A stretch of 62,967 nt of DNA, the filler included, from Reclinomonas americana ATCC 50394 (Eukaryota): the NCBI GenBank assembly GCA_048213135.1. It is 6 parts of 2 records of this genome, joined end to end, with 100 filler letters (N's around TTAATTAATTAA, not from the genome) between each part and the next. Parts side by side here need not be neighbours in the genome. Positions count along the whole stretch, not along the records: positions 26,031 to 29,833 come from PS015230.1; positions 29,934 to 53,760 come from PS015230.1; 4 more parts are not named here. One strand, 5' to 3'. Below are positions 27,223 through 40,200 of the stretch, piece after piece; within the stretch, counting starts at the first letter, position 1, and every line of letters starts with the position of its first letter. A program made the position numbers and the translations under genes. The notes beneath the pieces are model-generated. The model worked only from the letters and a program-made list of their open reading frames with translations, had not been told where the DNA came from and made no database searches.

Positions 27223-28509
27223 NNNNNNNNNNNNNNNNNNNNNNNNNNNNNNNNNNNNNNNNNNNNNNNNNNNNNNNNNNNNNNNNNNNNNNNNNNNNNN
27301 NNNNNNNNNNNNNNNNNNNNNNNNNNNNNNNNNNNNNNNNNNNNNNNNNNNNNNNNNNNNNNNNNNNNNNNNNNNNNNNNNNNNNNNNNNNNNNNNNNNN
27401 NNNNNNNNNNNNNNNNNNNNNNNNNNNNNNNNNNNNNNNNNNNNNNNNNNNNNNNNNNNNNNNNNNNNNNNNNNNNNNNNNNNNNNNNNNNNNNNNNNNN
27501 NNNNNNNNNNNNNNNNNNNNNNNNNNNNNNNNNNNNNNNNNNNNNNNNNNNNNNNNNNNNNNNNNNNNNNNNNNNNNNNNNNNNNNNNNNNNNNNNNNNN
27601 NNNNNNNNNNNNNNNNNNNNNNNNNNNNNNNNNNNNNNNNNNNNNNNNNNNNNNNNNNNNNNNNNNNNNNNNNNNNNNNNNNNNNNNNNNNNNNNNNNNN
27701 NNNNNNNNNNNNNNNNNNNNNNNNNNNNNNNNNNNNNNNNNNNNNNNNNNNNNNNNNNNNNNNNNNNNNNNNNNNNNNNNNNNNNNNNNNNNNNNNNNNN
27801 NNNNNTAGGGTGTATCGATATGTGGCGCCAGGTAAGGCGGAAGAAGGGGGAAGGAAGGAGGGGAGAGGGGGAAAGAAGGGGAGGGAGGAGGGAGGGGAAA
27901 GGGGGAGGTGGTGAAATGCTCATTGAGACACGGGTCACACTCTAGACAGCAGCTAGCGCTCGTTGTAGTGGACTCGTCGCTTGGTGAGAGGTTGACAGAC
28001 GTAGAGTCGCGTAGCTGATTTGTTCTGTCGTGATGAGAGGAGGGGAATGAGTGCCAGGTGAAATGGATGGCAGCGGGCTCGATTTCTTACAAATTGAGTC
28101 ACAGCACTGCTCTTCTTTCGCGTGAGTGAGAAGGGGAGTGAGAATGCCTGTGAAAGGCACCACAACTCTCCGTTTCGTCACGATTAATTGGACGAGAGAG
28201 ACGAAGTCACGTGATTCACAGTCACGACACTGCTCTTCTTTCATCGTGAGTGAGAGTGGGGAAAGGAGAGTGCCAGGGAGAAAGGCACCACAATTCTCAG
28301 CGTCTTCACGATTTAATGGGAGAACGGCAAGGTCTCTTGAGTCTCAGCTTCGTCGCTTCATTCTTTGTCGTGAGTAATCTCTCCGTTTGTGTGCGATTGG
28401 GGACAATGGCAAGGTCACTTGATTCACCGTCAGGGCAGTGCTCTCTTTCCTCGTCAGTGAGAGTACTGTGGATAGGCACGACAGTGGTCTTCTTGTTCTC
28501 TCTGAAGAT

Positions 28510-28983
28510 GTTGGATTGAGAATGCCAGCAGAGTCAACGAATGAGATAGCACCACTGTGGACTCTACTTTCCATCCCTTCGCCCTCTCCATATGTCATGT
28601 TGCTCACCCCGGCCTCATCACGTGTAGTGTGGTGCGCCCAAGTCGAGCTTGGTGCCGTCGACGCTGCACTGGAGGCCCTTGACGATCTCCTGTTGCTGCT
28701 CTCTGACGATGCTGACGCCGCCGGTCACGGAGCGGGTGCAGCGCACGAGCAGCAGCAGCAGCAACTGCCTGCCACTTCTTCATCGTCCTCGTCGTCGGTG
28801 TCCTCTGCCGACGGCCACCAGCTGCACATGTATGTGGACGCGGACTTTGACGCAGATGGCGACGAAGACGCGTGGTTCGATGTGTACTACGAGGACCCGC
28901 TGCCGATCATGGTGTTGACGGCGTTTATCCGCGAAGACGCCGAGCTTCGCGTGCTTTCTCTGCGTTATGACAATGCCGCATAG
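28510..28983 (+). CDS. Probable terminal exon of a hypothetical protein (possibly the same gene as 26948-27222)
   Basis: GC-rich open frame ending ...PLPIMVLTAFIREDAELRVLSLRYDNAA*, followed by a T-rich 3' region. The 5' boundary is uncertain. Confidence 0.45.
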   Translation, partial: VGLRMPAESTNEIAPLWTLLSIPSPSPYVMLLTPASSRVVWCAQVELGAVDAALEALDDLLLLLSDDADAAGHGAGAAHEQQQQQLPATSSSSSSSVSSADGHQLHMYVDADFDADGDEDAWFDVYYEDPLPIMVLTAFIREDAELRVLSLRYDNAA

Positions 28984-29140
28984 TTTCATTTCTTCATTTT
29001 TGCTTAATGTGTGTTTTTTTTTGTTGGACTGTACCTAGTAATACATGATTGCGTGTTTTTGTTTGTTTACATTGCATACTCGGTTGTGGAAATTGGGTGG
29101 TACACTTTCCACGTTTCCACGTCTCTCTTCCTCCCAGGGT

Positions 29141-29490
29141 TCACACGCGGCGTGCAATCAGCATCGAGCGTGGGCAGAGACCGGCCTCCTCCAGTGAGAG
29201 GCGTGCATCCGCTCCTGCAAACACTCGCCGCGGCACATTGGTCATGAGCTGGTAGCCCGAGTGGCCCTGGCTGCGCAGCCACGTCTCCACGTCGACCAGC
29301 CGGTCCGCCGGTCTGAAGTTGTGCTTCAGCGTTGTGCCGTTCTCCAGGCGAATCTGCGGTGGGGGAAGGGGAAAGGGTGAGGAGAAGGGGGGGGGGAGCG
29401 AGGGGAAGAGAAGGAGGGAGGTGTTGACGACAAGTGTGCGAGAGAATGAAACCGTGACCCTCGCCCTCACTCACGAAAACTTGCTCAGTA
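29141..29490 (-). CDS. UBX-domain C-terminal exons
   Basis: TEQVF|IRLENGTTLKHNFRPADRLVDV...YQLMTNVPRRVF...SLEEAGLCPRSMLI* matches the UBX pattern (IRLxxG, FPRR-like loop, SLxExGL). Confidence 0.88.
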
Positions 29491-29833
29491 GCTGAAACGG
29501 CTGCCAACGCAAAACGGAGAGAATGAGGAGAGCGAAAGGCGAGTTAGGAAGGAGAGTAAAGGAAGGCAGAGAGCACCTGGGAGAGATGACACACTCATGT
29601 AGGTTCAGTCGTTTTGTAAGGAGAGAAAGATGAGAGAAAGAGGGAGGAGAGAGATAAGAAGGCAAAGTGAATCTGCGAGACATGACATATAAATGTAGAA
29701 GGTTCAGTCGTGCTGCCAGCAGGGTCTTCGTCCTCGCTCGCGAGAAGCTGCTCACTGACTGACGATCACACAAAGAGAAAGAATAGAGCCAGAGGATGAA
29801 GAACACACTAGTTGTACAGAGAGAGCGCGTGGG

Positions 29834-29933
29834 NNNNNNNNNNNNNNNNNNNNNNNNNNNNNNNNNNNNNNNNNNNNTTAATTAATTAANNNNNNNNNNN
29901 NNNNNNNNNNNNNNNNNNNNNNNNNNNNNNNNN
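29834..29933. other. Artificial scaffold linker
   Basis: N-TTAATTAATTAA-N, 100 nt. Confidence 0.95.
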
Positions 29934-29936
29934 CGT

Positions 29937-30012
<76 letters not shown>

Positions 30013-30095
30013 CACAGAGAGGGTGTTGTCTGCGCCGAATTTGAGGCAAGCTCAATTTCAAAACACACACAATCACACACACAGAGAAACGCAAC

Positions 30096-30309
30096 AGCCT
30101 TGAAGTCGACAACAAACAGCTTGGCGCCATCGCGCAACTGATTGAATTGACTCTCCGATGAGATGTGCTTGACAACCTAAGAGAGAGAGAGAGAGAGAAA
30201 AGTGAGACATCTCGCACATTATGACAAAAACGCGCAATGAGAGAAGCAGAGAGTGAGCGTGCGCGCGTGTGTTTATGCAGAGTGTGTGTGCATGTGTGCG
30301 ACTTGCCAT
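30096..30309 (-). CDS. N-terminal exons of a thioredoxin-fold protein (M | VVKHISSESQFNQLRDGAKLFVVDFKA)
   Basis: The 81-nt exon at 30176-30096 is bounded by a TAG acceptor and a GTTGCG donor. It matches thioredoxin beta1-alpha1-beta2 (LVVVDFxA), directly before the expected WCxxC. The ATG at 30309 is followed by GCAAGT, a GC donor. Confidence 0.72.
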
Positions 30310-30404
30310 GTTGTGTGTGCTCGGTGAAAGTGGACAAACGGACAGTTCGGCGACCGCGAGCGTGTGTGATCTGTCCTGCCCGTTGAATTCACTCTTTTGT
30401 CACA
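30310..30404. promoter_or_regulatory. Putative ~95-bp bidirectional promoter/5'UTR region
   Basis: Lies between divergent ATGs at 30309 (-) and 30405 (+), each followed within a few bases by a splice donor. Confidence 0.4.
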
Positions 30405-30561
30405 ATGGCGCACCGCACAGGTGAATACTCACAGAGACAGAGAAAGAGAGAGACAGTGTGTGTGTGTGTGTGTGTGTGAGGGAGAACGAGAAGCTGACAG
30501 CACGCAGACACTCAGAGAAAGGAAGAAAGAAAGAAGAGAGAGAGAGACACACACACACACA

Positions 30562-30609
<48 letters not shown>

Positions 30610-31554
30610 AGAGAGAGAGAGNNNNNNNNNNNNNNNNNNNNNNNNNNNNNNNNNNNNNNNNNNNNNNNNNNNNNNNNNNNNNNNNNNNNNNNNNNNNNNN
30701 NNNNNNNNNNNNNNNNNNNNNNNNNNNNNNNNNNNNNNNNNNNNNNNNNNNNNNNNNNNNNNNNNNNNNNNNNNNNNNNNNNNNNNNNNNNNNNNNNNNN
30801 NNNNNNNNNNNNNNNNNNNNNNNNNNNNNNNNNNNNNNNNNNNNNNNNNNNNNNNNNNNNNNNNNNNNNNNNNNNNNNNNNNNNNNNNNNNNNNNNNNNN
30901 NNNNNNNNNNNNNNNNNNNNNNNNNNNNNNNNNNNNNNNNNNNNNNNNNNNNNNNNNNNNNNNNNNNNNNNNNNNNNNNNNNNNNNNNNNNNNNNNNNNN
31001 NNNNNNNNNNNNNNNNNNNNNNNNNNNNNNNNNNNNNNNNNNNNNNNNNNNNNNNNNNNNNNNNNNNNNNNNNNNNNNNNNNNNNNNNNNNNNNNNNNNN
31101 NNNNNNNNNNNNNNNNNNNNNNNNNNNNNNNNNNNNNNNNNNNNNNNNNNNNNNNNNNNNNNNNNNNNNNNNNNNNNNNNNNNNNNNNNNNNNNNNNNNN
31201 NNNNNNNNNNNNNNNNNNNNNNNNNNNNNNNNNNNNNNNNNNNNNNNNNNNNNNNNNNNNNNNNNNNNNNNNNNNNNNNNNNNNNNNNNNNNNNNNNNNN
31301 NNNNNNNNNNNNNNNNNNNNNNNNNNNNNNNNNNNNNNNNNNNNNNNNNNNNNNNNNNNNNNNNNNNNNNNNNNNNNNNNNNNNNNNNNNNNNNNNNNNN
31401 NNNNNNNNNNNNNNNNNNNNNNNNNNNNNNNNNNNNNNNNNNNNNNNNNNNNNNNNNNNNNNNNNNNNNNNNNNNNNNNNNNNNNNNNNNNNNNNNNNNN
31501 NNNNNNNNNNNNNNNNNNNNNNNNNNNNNNNNNGAGCGAGAGACTGACAACACA

Positions 31555-31591
<37 letters not shown>

Positions 31592-34500
31592 GGAGAGAGA
31601 AAGAGAACGCAGGCAAAGCGAGCAACTGAAAGCGAAAGAGCGAGAGACTATCCTCTGTGTTTTCCTTCCCTTTCCTCACTCTCACTCTCTCTCACTCTTT
31701 CTTCGTTTCCTCAGAGGGCGGTGCGGTATACCAACCTCGCGATGTGTATCGCGGGTCGGAGATGGTTGACACGCACGCTGCGGGAGTGTTGCCGCGGTTT
31801 GCGGCGGCGAATGATTTGCAGCCTTTGCCGCCTGTGCGAGGTGGAGGACGCGAGAACCTCGGCACCAACACGGCGGTGATGACGGAGATTATGGGCAAGG
31901 ATCGCTACAAGTTCTTCAAGAGACCCGTGGTGCCGTACATGCAGGCATTGCCGCCGGAGATGTTGAGTTTTTCTGTTGGGGAAAGAGGGGGAGAAGGGAG
32001 CGAAGCAGAGATGGGAAGAGTGACGTGACAGAAGGGAACCGCACTTGGAAGAGTCACAGCGATCAGTGAGTCACACAGCGCGAGAAGAGGCTGGCAGAGG
32101 CGAGTGGATGAGACTGAGATGCGAATAGTGGCTCTTGGCGTATGACTGTTTGAATCGTGCAGCGAGAGAAGAGGTTGGCAAGAGTGATACTTGGCATACA
32201 GGCGAGGGTAATGAGACTGAGTTGGGAAGAGTGGCATGACGGGAGGCTCTTGGGGAAGCACACTCGAAGGAGTGACAGTGATCAATGAGTCAGTCAAACA
32301 GCGAGAGAAGAGGTTGGCAGAGGCGAGAGGATGAGACTGAGATGCGTACAGTGGCTCTTGGTGCATGACTGTCGGAATCACGCAGCGAGAGAAGAGGTTG
32401 GCGAGAGTGATGTTGGGGTAATTGCACGCACAGTGAGCATTTTGCGTTGGGAATTGTCGCCACCACAAGTGGCTCTTAGTGCCATTGTGAGCAAGAGCAG
32501 CGAATCACGCAGCGAGACACGATGTTGGAAAGCGTGATGTTGGGGCACGCATAGGCGAGGGGAGTGGACTGAGATCCGCAAGTGGCTGTTGGTGCTTCAC
32601 TGTCGGAAGAGTGACAGAGAGCAGCGAATCACACAGCGAGACCAAATGTTGGCAGTAGTGATGCTGGGACACGCAGAGGCGAGGAGAATGAGTCTGTGAG
32701 CGTGAGAGATGGAGGACTGGAGCAAGAGCTTCACATTGCGACTTGCAGTGGTGAAGATTATGAGCTTGTGGAGAATCACTCTTACCAGAAGCATAGATAA
32801 TGAGAACAGTCATGGTTGGCCCGAGTGACTCTTGGGTGCTCACGTGTGAGAGTGCTGGCTAGAAGGCGTGAGACTGACAGTTGTCAACACTCGGGAGACC
32901 TAGTTGTCAGAGAACGAGAGACGACAGCGAGGCCGTTCCACCAACTTGCGAGTGATCTTGCACTTAGAAAGAGTGGTGCGAGGCCAGAGGGAGAGGGAGA
33001 GAGATGAAGTGAGATTGCAGTCTCGTGCGCTCAGACACGTGTACTTTTGATTGATCGTGCCAGTTTCCTTGTTCCTCTCTCTCTCTCTCTNNNNNNNNNN
33101 NNNNNNNNNNNNNNNNNNNNNNNNNNNNNNNNNNNNNNNNNNNNNNNNNNNNNNNNNNNNNNNNNNNNNNNNNNNNNNNNNNNNNNNNNNNNNNNNNNNN
33201 NNNNNNNNNNNNNNNNNNNNNNNNNNNNNNNNNNNNNNNNNNNNNNNNNNNNNNNNNNNNNNNNNNNNNNNNNNNNNNNNNNNNNNNNNNNNNNNNNNNN
33301 NNNNNNNNNNNNNNNNNNNNNNNNNNNNNNNNNNNNNNNNNNNNNNNNNNNNNNNNNNNNNNNNNNNNNNNNNNNNNNNNNNNNNNNNNNNNNNNNNNNN
33401 NNNNNNNNNNNNNNNNNNNNNNNNNNNNNNNNNNNNNNNNNNNNNNNNNNNNNNNNNNNNNNNNNNNNNNNNNNNNNNNNNNNNNNNNNNNNNNNNNNNN
33501 NNNNNNNNNNNNNNNNNNNNNNNNNNNNNNNNNNNNNNNNNNNNNNNNNNNNNNNNNNNNNNNNNNNNNNNNNNNNNNNNNNNNNNNNNNNNNNNNNNNN
33601 NNNNNNNNNNNNNNNNNNNNNNNNNNNNNNNNNNNNNNNNNNNNNNNNNNNNNNNNNNNNNNNNNNNNNNNNNNNNNNNNNNNNNNNNNNNNNNNNNNNN
33701 NNNNNNNNNNNNNNNNNNNNNNNNNNNNNNNNNNNNNNNNNNNNNNNNNNNNNNNNNNNNNNNNNNNNNNNNNNNNNNNNNNNNNNNNNNNNNNNNNNNN
33801 NNNNNNNNNNNNNNNNNNNNNNNNNNNNNNNNNNNNNNNNNNNNNNNNNNNNNNNNNNNNNNNNNNNNNNNNNNNNNNNNNNNNNNNNNNNNNNNNNNNN
33901 NNNNNNNNNNNNNNNNNNNNNNNNNNNNNNNNNNNNNNNNNNNNNNNNNNNNNNNNNNCGCTCCCAAGACACGTCTGGGTCTGTTTACCGACAAGCTGCC
34001 GCCACCGGATCCACAGCCGTTTTTGTTGGAGACGTATGATGGTTTGTGGGGAAGCAGAAGTGGTGGCGGGAACAGAAGTGGTTTCGCAGAGTATGTAGAG
34101 CAAGAGAAGCATCTCTCTCTGTTCTCGAGGGACATGGTGCTAGACTCTAATTGGTGTCTTTCTCTCTCTCTCTCTTACTCTCGCTCTCCTTGGTTGAAGG
34201 GCGTCGTGCAAGACTCTCCTCCTCTCCCTCCCACACACACTGTGTCATCTCGTATTCTTTATCTTGCTGAAGCTGGCGCCACTCAGTCAAATGCAGATAG
34301 TGAGACCTCGAGAACACAGGAAGCCGAGACGCTGACGGAGAACTTTCTCAGTCGTGTGACACGTGGCTTCTCTTGGCCAAGCAAGCAGCGACAAACAGAG
34401 ATAGAGAGTGCACAGAACTCAAGAAGTAGAGACGCCAACAGAGTACTTTCACTCCGCCATGCGACCTCAGCCTCTGTACTGTTCAATGCATGCAGATAGA

Positions 34501-36260
34501 TAGAGAGTGAGACAGCGAGCAACACACAGACGCCGACAGTGCACTTTTACTCCGCCTTTCGACACCTTGGCTTGTTACCCTGTCGAGGCCACTCAAGCAG
34601 AGAGTGAGACAGACATCTGACAGTCACAGCGAGCCACTTGTTTTAGTCTTGCACGCACAGATGTAGGCAGGTCTCTCTCATCGCCCTGAGTTTGATTCCC
34701 CCTTTCCCCCTTCCCCCCTTTCCCTCACTTCCCCCTTCCCCCTTTCCCCTTCATAGGCATCACCGTCCTCGAACAAGCCTCGGCCGTGGCCTCCACGATT
34801 GGCCCGAAGCGTCAGTTTTCGCCGCGCAAGTCCGTGCTCAACGAGACGCGCCGGCGCAAGGTGCAGGAGGAGGTGCAATTTGCGCAGCTGCGACTGGAGG
34901 AGATGCACGCCAAGGCCAATGCCGACCCGGACGAGCACACCGTGTTGGATCTTTACAAGAAGACACCGCGTGTGGTGCGCCCGCCGACACCAACGCTGAC
35001 TGTCGAGTTTCGTTGCAGTGTTGTACGTCAGCCTTTCCTTCTCCTTCTTGCTCACCTCTGTGTGTCGCACAGCGAGGAAATCGAGGAAAAGGTGCAAGCG
35101 GCCGTGCTGCTGCAACGACTACTGCGCGGTCGTGCGGCGCAAAACATGATGTTCGAGGGCAAGGAGCGCAGTTTGGAACTCATCAAGGAGCTGCGTGCCA
35201 CGGAAGACGTCAAGGCCATGGAGCGCGCCATGAACGAGGAGCTGGACAAGGAGCAGAAGGAGAGGCAACAGGTGGGTGTTTGGAGGCGATGCCTATGTGT
35301 GTGTGTTTCCATGCTCACTCGACGTTGCAGCGCATGCTGGTGGACACGATTGTTCACTTGGTCGAGGGCGACATTGTCGGCCGCTCACTGCATTTCTTGT
35401 CAAAAGAGTTGCTGCGGCAACGCGAGACATCGCGTGTTTCACGCTTCGCGGCCATTGCTCGACACACACGAACGCAGCGCGAGGCCGAGGAATCCGGTCG
35501 CCGCCAAATGGAGGAGGTGTGTGTCTGTGCGCGTGCTTTCCTCTCTCTTTTTCACTCTCTCGTTCGCCTTCTTTCTTCTCTCTTGCTGCTTCTCTTTTGC
35601 TCTCCTCTGTGTTTCCCTCAGGCGCTTTCTATCTTTCTCACTCTTTCGTATCTCTCGCTTTCCGCTTGCGCTTTCTTTCTTTCTCTATCTCTCTCTCATC
35701 TGCCTCTCAAGCCGTCCTCTCATTCTGAGTCTCTCTTTCTGTCTGCCTCTCAAGCCCTCCTTTCTGTCTCAGCCTCTCTTTCGTTCCCTTTCTCCCCCTC
35801 CCCCTCCCTCTCTTCTCTCTTTCTCTCTTTCTCTCCCTCCTCCTTCCCTCTCTCCCTGCCTCCCTCCCTCCCCGTCTTCTCACCCACTATCGTGCAGGAA
35901 TTGCGGGCGCGCGAAGACCTGCAGTTCCAGCAAGTCATGGCCGCCGCCGACGAGGCCATCGACTCGTACCTGGACGACATTCTCGTGCGTGCGGTGGACG
36001 AGTCGGCGCACCGCCAGGCCTTCTCCGAGGCCGAAGTCAAGAATGTGTTCCTCGATCGCCAGATCGAGTCACTGGAGAGCGATGTCGACTCGAGCGACGG
36101 CATTATCCGCGATCTGGTCGCCGCTTTCCTCCTGCCCGAAGTGGAGAGGAGTACGGTGCGTGTCGACACGGAGGAGAGTCGCAAGCGATTCGTGCATGCT
36201 GGGCATGGCGAGTTGTACGAGGCTCTGGCCAAGGTCGGCAAGGATCTGGAGACAGCATAG
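30405..36260 (+). CDS. CFAP91: Cilia- and flagella-associated protein 91 (gapped)
   Basis: Motifs GKDRYKFFKRP, VRPPTPTL, AAVLLQRLLRGRAAQNMMFEGKERSLELIKELR, LHFLSKEL, REAEESGRRQ and IIRDLVAAFLLPEVER. The start exon MAHRT is tentative and middle exons are lost in gaps. Confidence 0.9.
32030..32720. repeat. Degenerate intronic tandem repeat (about 100-130 bp units)
   Basis: Recurring cagcgaga(g)aagaggttggc...gagactgagatgcg...agtggctcttgg blocks. Confidence 0.7.
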
Positions 36261-37203
36261 TGGTAGTTGGCGAGATCGGTGGAGAACGGGAGAGCAGCGG
36301 TCCAATGAATTGTGTGTCATGGCTTGTACAAACAAACAGCAGTTCGTTGGGTAAGCTAACGTGACAAATATGTACTCGAGCGCTGTCGTCACCACGGTGG
36401 AGAAAGGAAGATGTGTGAGGGGGGAAAAAAGGAGAGGGAGAGAGAGACACGAGGTGATACATCGTTGCGCAGAAAAGAGAGAATGATCCCAGAGTGTACA
36501 CACACAAGACAAGACAGACAGACAGACAGACAGACACACAAAAGGNNNNNNNNNNNNNNNNNNNNNNNNNNNNNNNNNNNNNNNNNNNNNNNNNNNNNNN
36601 NNNNNNNNNNNNNNNNNNNNNNNNNNNNNNNNNNNNNNNNNNNNNNNNNNNNNNNNNNNNNNNNNNNNNNNNNNNNNNNNNNNNNNNNNNNNNNNNNNNN
36701 NNNNNNNNNNNNNNNNNNNNNNNNNNNNNNNNNNNNNNNNNNNNNNNNNNNNNNNNNNNNNNNNNNNNNNNNNNNNNNNNNNNNNNNNNNNNNNNNNNNN
36801 NNNNNNNNNNNNNNNNNNNNNNNNNNNNNNNNNNNNNNNNNNNNNNNNNNNNNNNNNNNNNNNNNNNNNNNNNNNNNNNNNNNNNNNNNNNNNNNNNNNN
36901 NNNNNNNNNNNNNNNNNNNNNNNNNNNNNNNNNNNNNNNNNNNNNNNNNNNNNNNNNNNNNNNNNNNNNNNNNNNNNNNNNNNNNNNNNNNNNNNNNNNN
37001 NNNNNNNNNNNNNNNNNNNNNNNNNNNNNNNNNNNNNNNNNNNNNNNNNNNNNNNNNNNNNNNNNNNNNNNNNNNNNNNNNNNNNNNNNNNNNNNNNNNN
37101 NNNNNNNNNNNNNNNNNNNNNNCAATCGCTCATCGTCATCGTCCTCCTGCGCAACGCGACCATCATGAATGAGGGGAAGAGGGTTATTCGTGCGACGATT
37201 CTC

Positions 37204-40200
37204 TCACACCTCTTCATCATCAGCTGCAGGGTCGTCTTCCTCATCCGAATCCTCGTCCTCCTCCTCGGTGAACTTCATCTTCACATACACCTCCAGTGTC
37301 ATCCACTTGGCCACCCACTCTGCCAGCTCCGGCGCAGCGTCGTTCAGCACGTAGGTTGACATGGTACCGGCGCCCGATGTTGGCATTTGCTGTGGGTTGC
37401 CGGCGGCGAGGTAGCTGGTGGCGGAGGAGGCGGGGGCGGCGGAGGGGCCTGTGGAAAGGGGAGAGAGGGGAAAGAGGTCAGTCAGGCACATACGCAAAGA
37501 AAATCTCTCGAGAGAGAGCGCGATCATTCCCATTCACGTGCACATTCAAACCACACAGGAACACGAACAGCAAAGAATCAAGCGAAGCACATGCACGCAC
37601 ATACACACAATTGACTCTTCTCAACGAACACGCACGAGCAGCATAGAATCAAGCGAAGCACACCACGTCACATTCACGCACATACACACAATTGACTCTT
37701 CCCAACAGACACATCCAACTCTACAGACGAACACGCGAATGAGCAGCATAGAAAATCAACCAAAGCACACAACCTCACATGCACGCGACGAATTAGCACA
37801 CACAGCAGCCTTTCAACCGTTGCACATGCTCTCTGATCACACTCATTCGCGATCTTCTAGTCCACCGAGGGAGTGGGTGAGTGTGCGAGCTTGAGAGTGA
37901 ATCCTCGAACGAGCAAGACGCACACACGCACACAGTCACTCTCTACTTCCTCACGAGCTAACTCAATTATCTCTCTCTCACTCTCTCACTAACTTGACAT
38001 GTGCTTCCAATCACATCTCTATCATTGGTGAACTGCAAACACATCAAGCCTCTACCACTACTTATCTAGCCATGCACAAAGCTTCGCCCCACATTTCTCC
38101 TCTGAACGCACACACTTTGCTTCGATCAACGCACTTTCTCAGCCTCTCAGGCGCAGTGTTCTCATAGACACATGCACTCCACAACTCTCCAGTTTCTCAT
38201 ATTATCAAGCTCAGCTCTCGGAATGCACACATCACTTTCTCATCGTGTCACGCACGAAGCTCGGCGATCGGTGAATGCACACGCTACCTCCGTCCAGTTG
38301 CTCATCTTCTCATTCTCATGCACTACTCTGCCTTCCTCCACTTTCTCGTCTTCTCATCCACATTTTCCGCCATTCGTTAACACTCCCCGCTCCACATTCT
38401 CATCCTTGAATACACACGAGCTATGGTTTTGGCCGACACATACTCAACATCTCACACACAAAACTCTGCCTTCGGTGAATACACGCTGTTCCTCTCCACT
38501 TCCTAGCATTCTCCTCCTCTCTACCCTCCCCTCCACCCTTCCCTTCTCCCCCTTTCCCCTNNNNNNNNNNNNNNNNNNNNNNNNNNNNNNNNNNNNNNNN
38601 NNNNNNNNNNNNNNNNNNNNNNNNNNNNNNNNNNNNNNNNNNNNNNNNNNNNNNNNNNNNNNNNNNNNNNNNNNNNNNNNNNNNNNNNNNNNNNNNNNNN
38701 NNNNNNNNNNNNNNNNNNNNNNNNNNNNNNNNNNNNNNNNNNNNNNNNNNNNNNNNNNNNNNNNNNNNNNNNNNNNNNNNNNNNNNNNNNNNNNNNNNNN
38801 NNNNNNNNNNNNNNNNNNNNNNNNNNNNNNNNNNNNNNNNNNNNNNNNNNNNNNNNNNNNNNNNNNNNNNNNNNNNNNNNNNNNNNNNNNNNNNNNNNNN
38901 NNNNNNNNNNNNNNNNNNNNNNNNNNNNNNNNNNNNNNNNNNNNNNNNNNNNNNNNNNNNNNNNNNNNNNNNNNNNNNNNNNNNNNNNNNNNNNNNNNNN
39001 NNNNNNNNNNNNNNNNNNNNNNNNNNNNNNNNNNNNNNNNNNNNNNNNNNNNNNNNNNNNNNNNNNNNNNNNNNNNNNNNNNNNNNNNNNNNNNNNNNNN
39101 NNNNNNNNNNNNNNNNNNNNNNNNNNNNNNNNNNNNNNNNNNNNNNNNNNNNNNNNNNNNNNNNNNNNNNNNNNNNNNNNNNNNNNNNNNNNNNNNNNNN
39201 NNNNNNNNNNNNNNNNNNNNNNNNNNNNNNNNNNNNNNNNNNNNNNNNNNNNNNNNNNNNNNNNNNNNNNNNNNNNNNNNNNNNNNNNNNNNNNNNNNNN
39301 NNNNNNNNNNNNNNNNNNNNNNNNNNNNNNNNNNNNNNNNNNNNNNNNNNNNNNNNNNNNNNNNNNNNNNNNNNNNNNNNNNNNNNNNNNNNNNNNNNNN
39401 NNNNNNNNNNNAGAGAGAGAGAGAGAGAAGAGAGAGAGAGAAAAGAGTGGAGAGAGAGACCCTCACCTTGAACGAGCCACCTGGCCTCAATCCTTGATAC
39501 TGACGGTAAATCAGCGCAAGTCGCGGAATGTCGGCATCCTTATACGGCCGTCTCTGCGTCGCCATCTCCCACAACACCACACCAAAACTGCGCCGACAAC
39601 GGAACAGTGAGTACCCTCTTCAACAAGCCAGGGAGTGGATGTGCACACATACACACACCTGTACACATCTACCGGGAAGCTGTAGGTGCCTTCGGAGATT
39701 TCGGGGGCCATGTACTCGATTGTGCCTGCACAATGCAGCCAGTTCAGCGATTCATCCACGCGGACGGTGTATCTCGAGTGATCTCACCAATCATGGTCAT
39801 TGGCTGGCTGCTCGTGTTCTCCTTCATCTTCGACACACCAAAGTCTGTGATCTTGATCGTGTTCTGCTTGGAGATCTGCAGATATCGAGTCAGCAGCATT
39901 CCTCGAAAAACGCACGCACTGCTAAAACTGCCGTCCATTCACCACTGACTTGCACCTCCCCCTGCCCCTCTTCTCACTCTCTCTTTGCGTGTGTTTGACA
40001 CTCACCAGCAAGTTTCCAGTCTTCATATCCCGATGAATGCTCTTCTTGGCGTCATGCAAGTAAATCATGCCAGACACAATGTCGCTGGTCCACTTGAGCA
40101 GCAACGGCAGATCCATCACGAAATCCTTCGAGTGCAAAAAGTTGAAGAGACAGTTCGGGCAGTACTCCATCACAATCGCCAAGTTTGGTGGATCCACACA

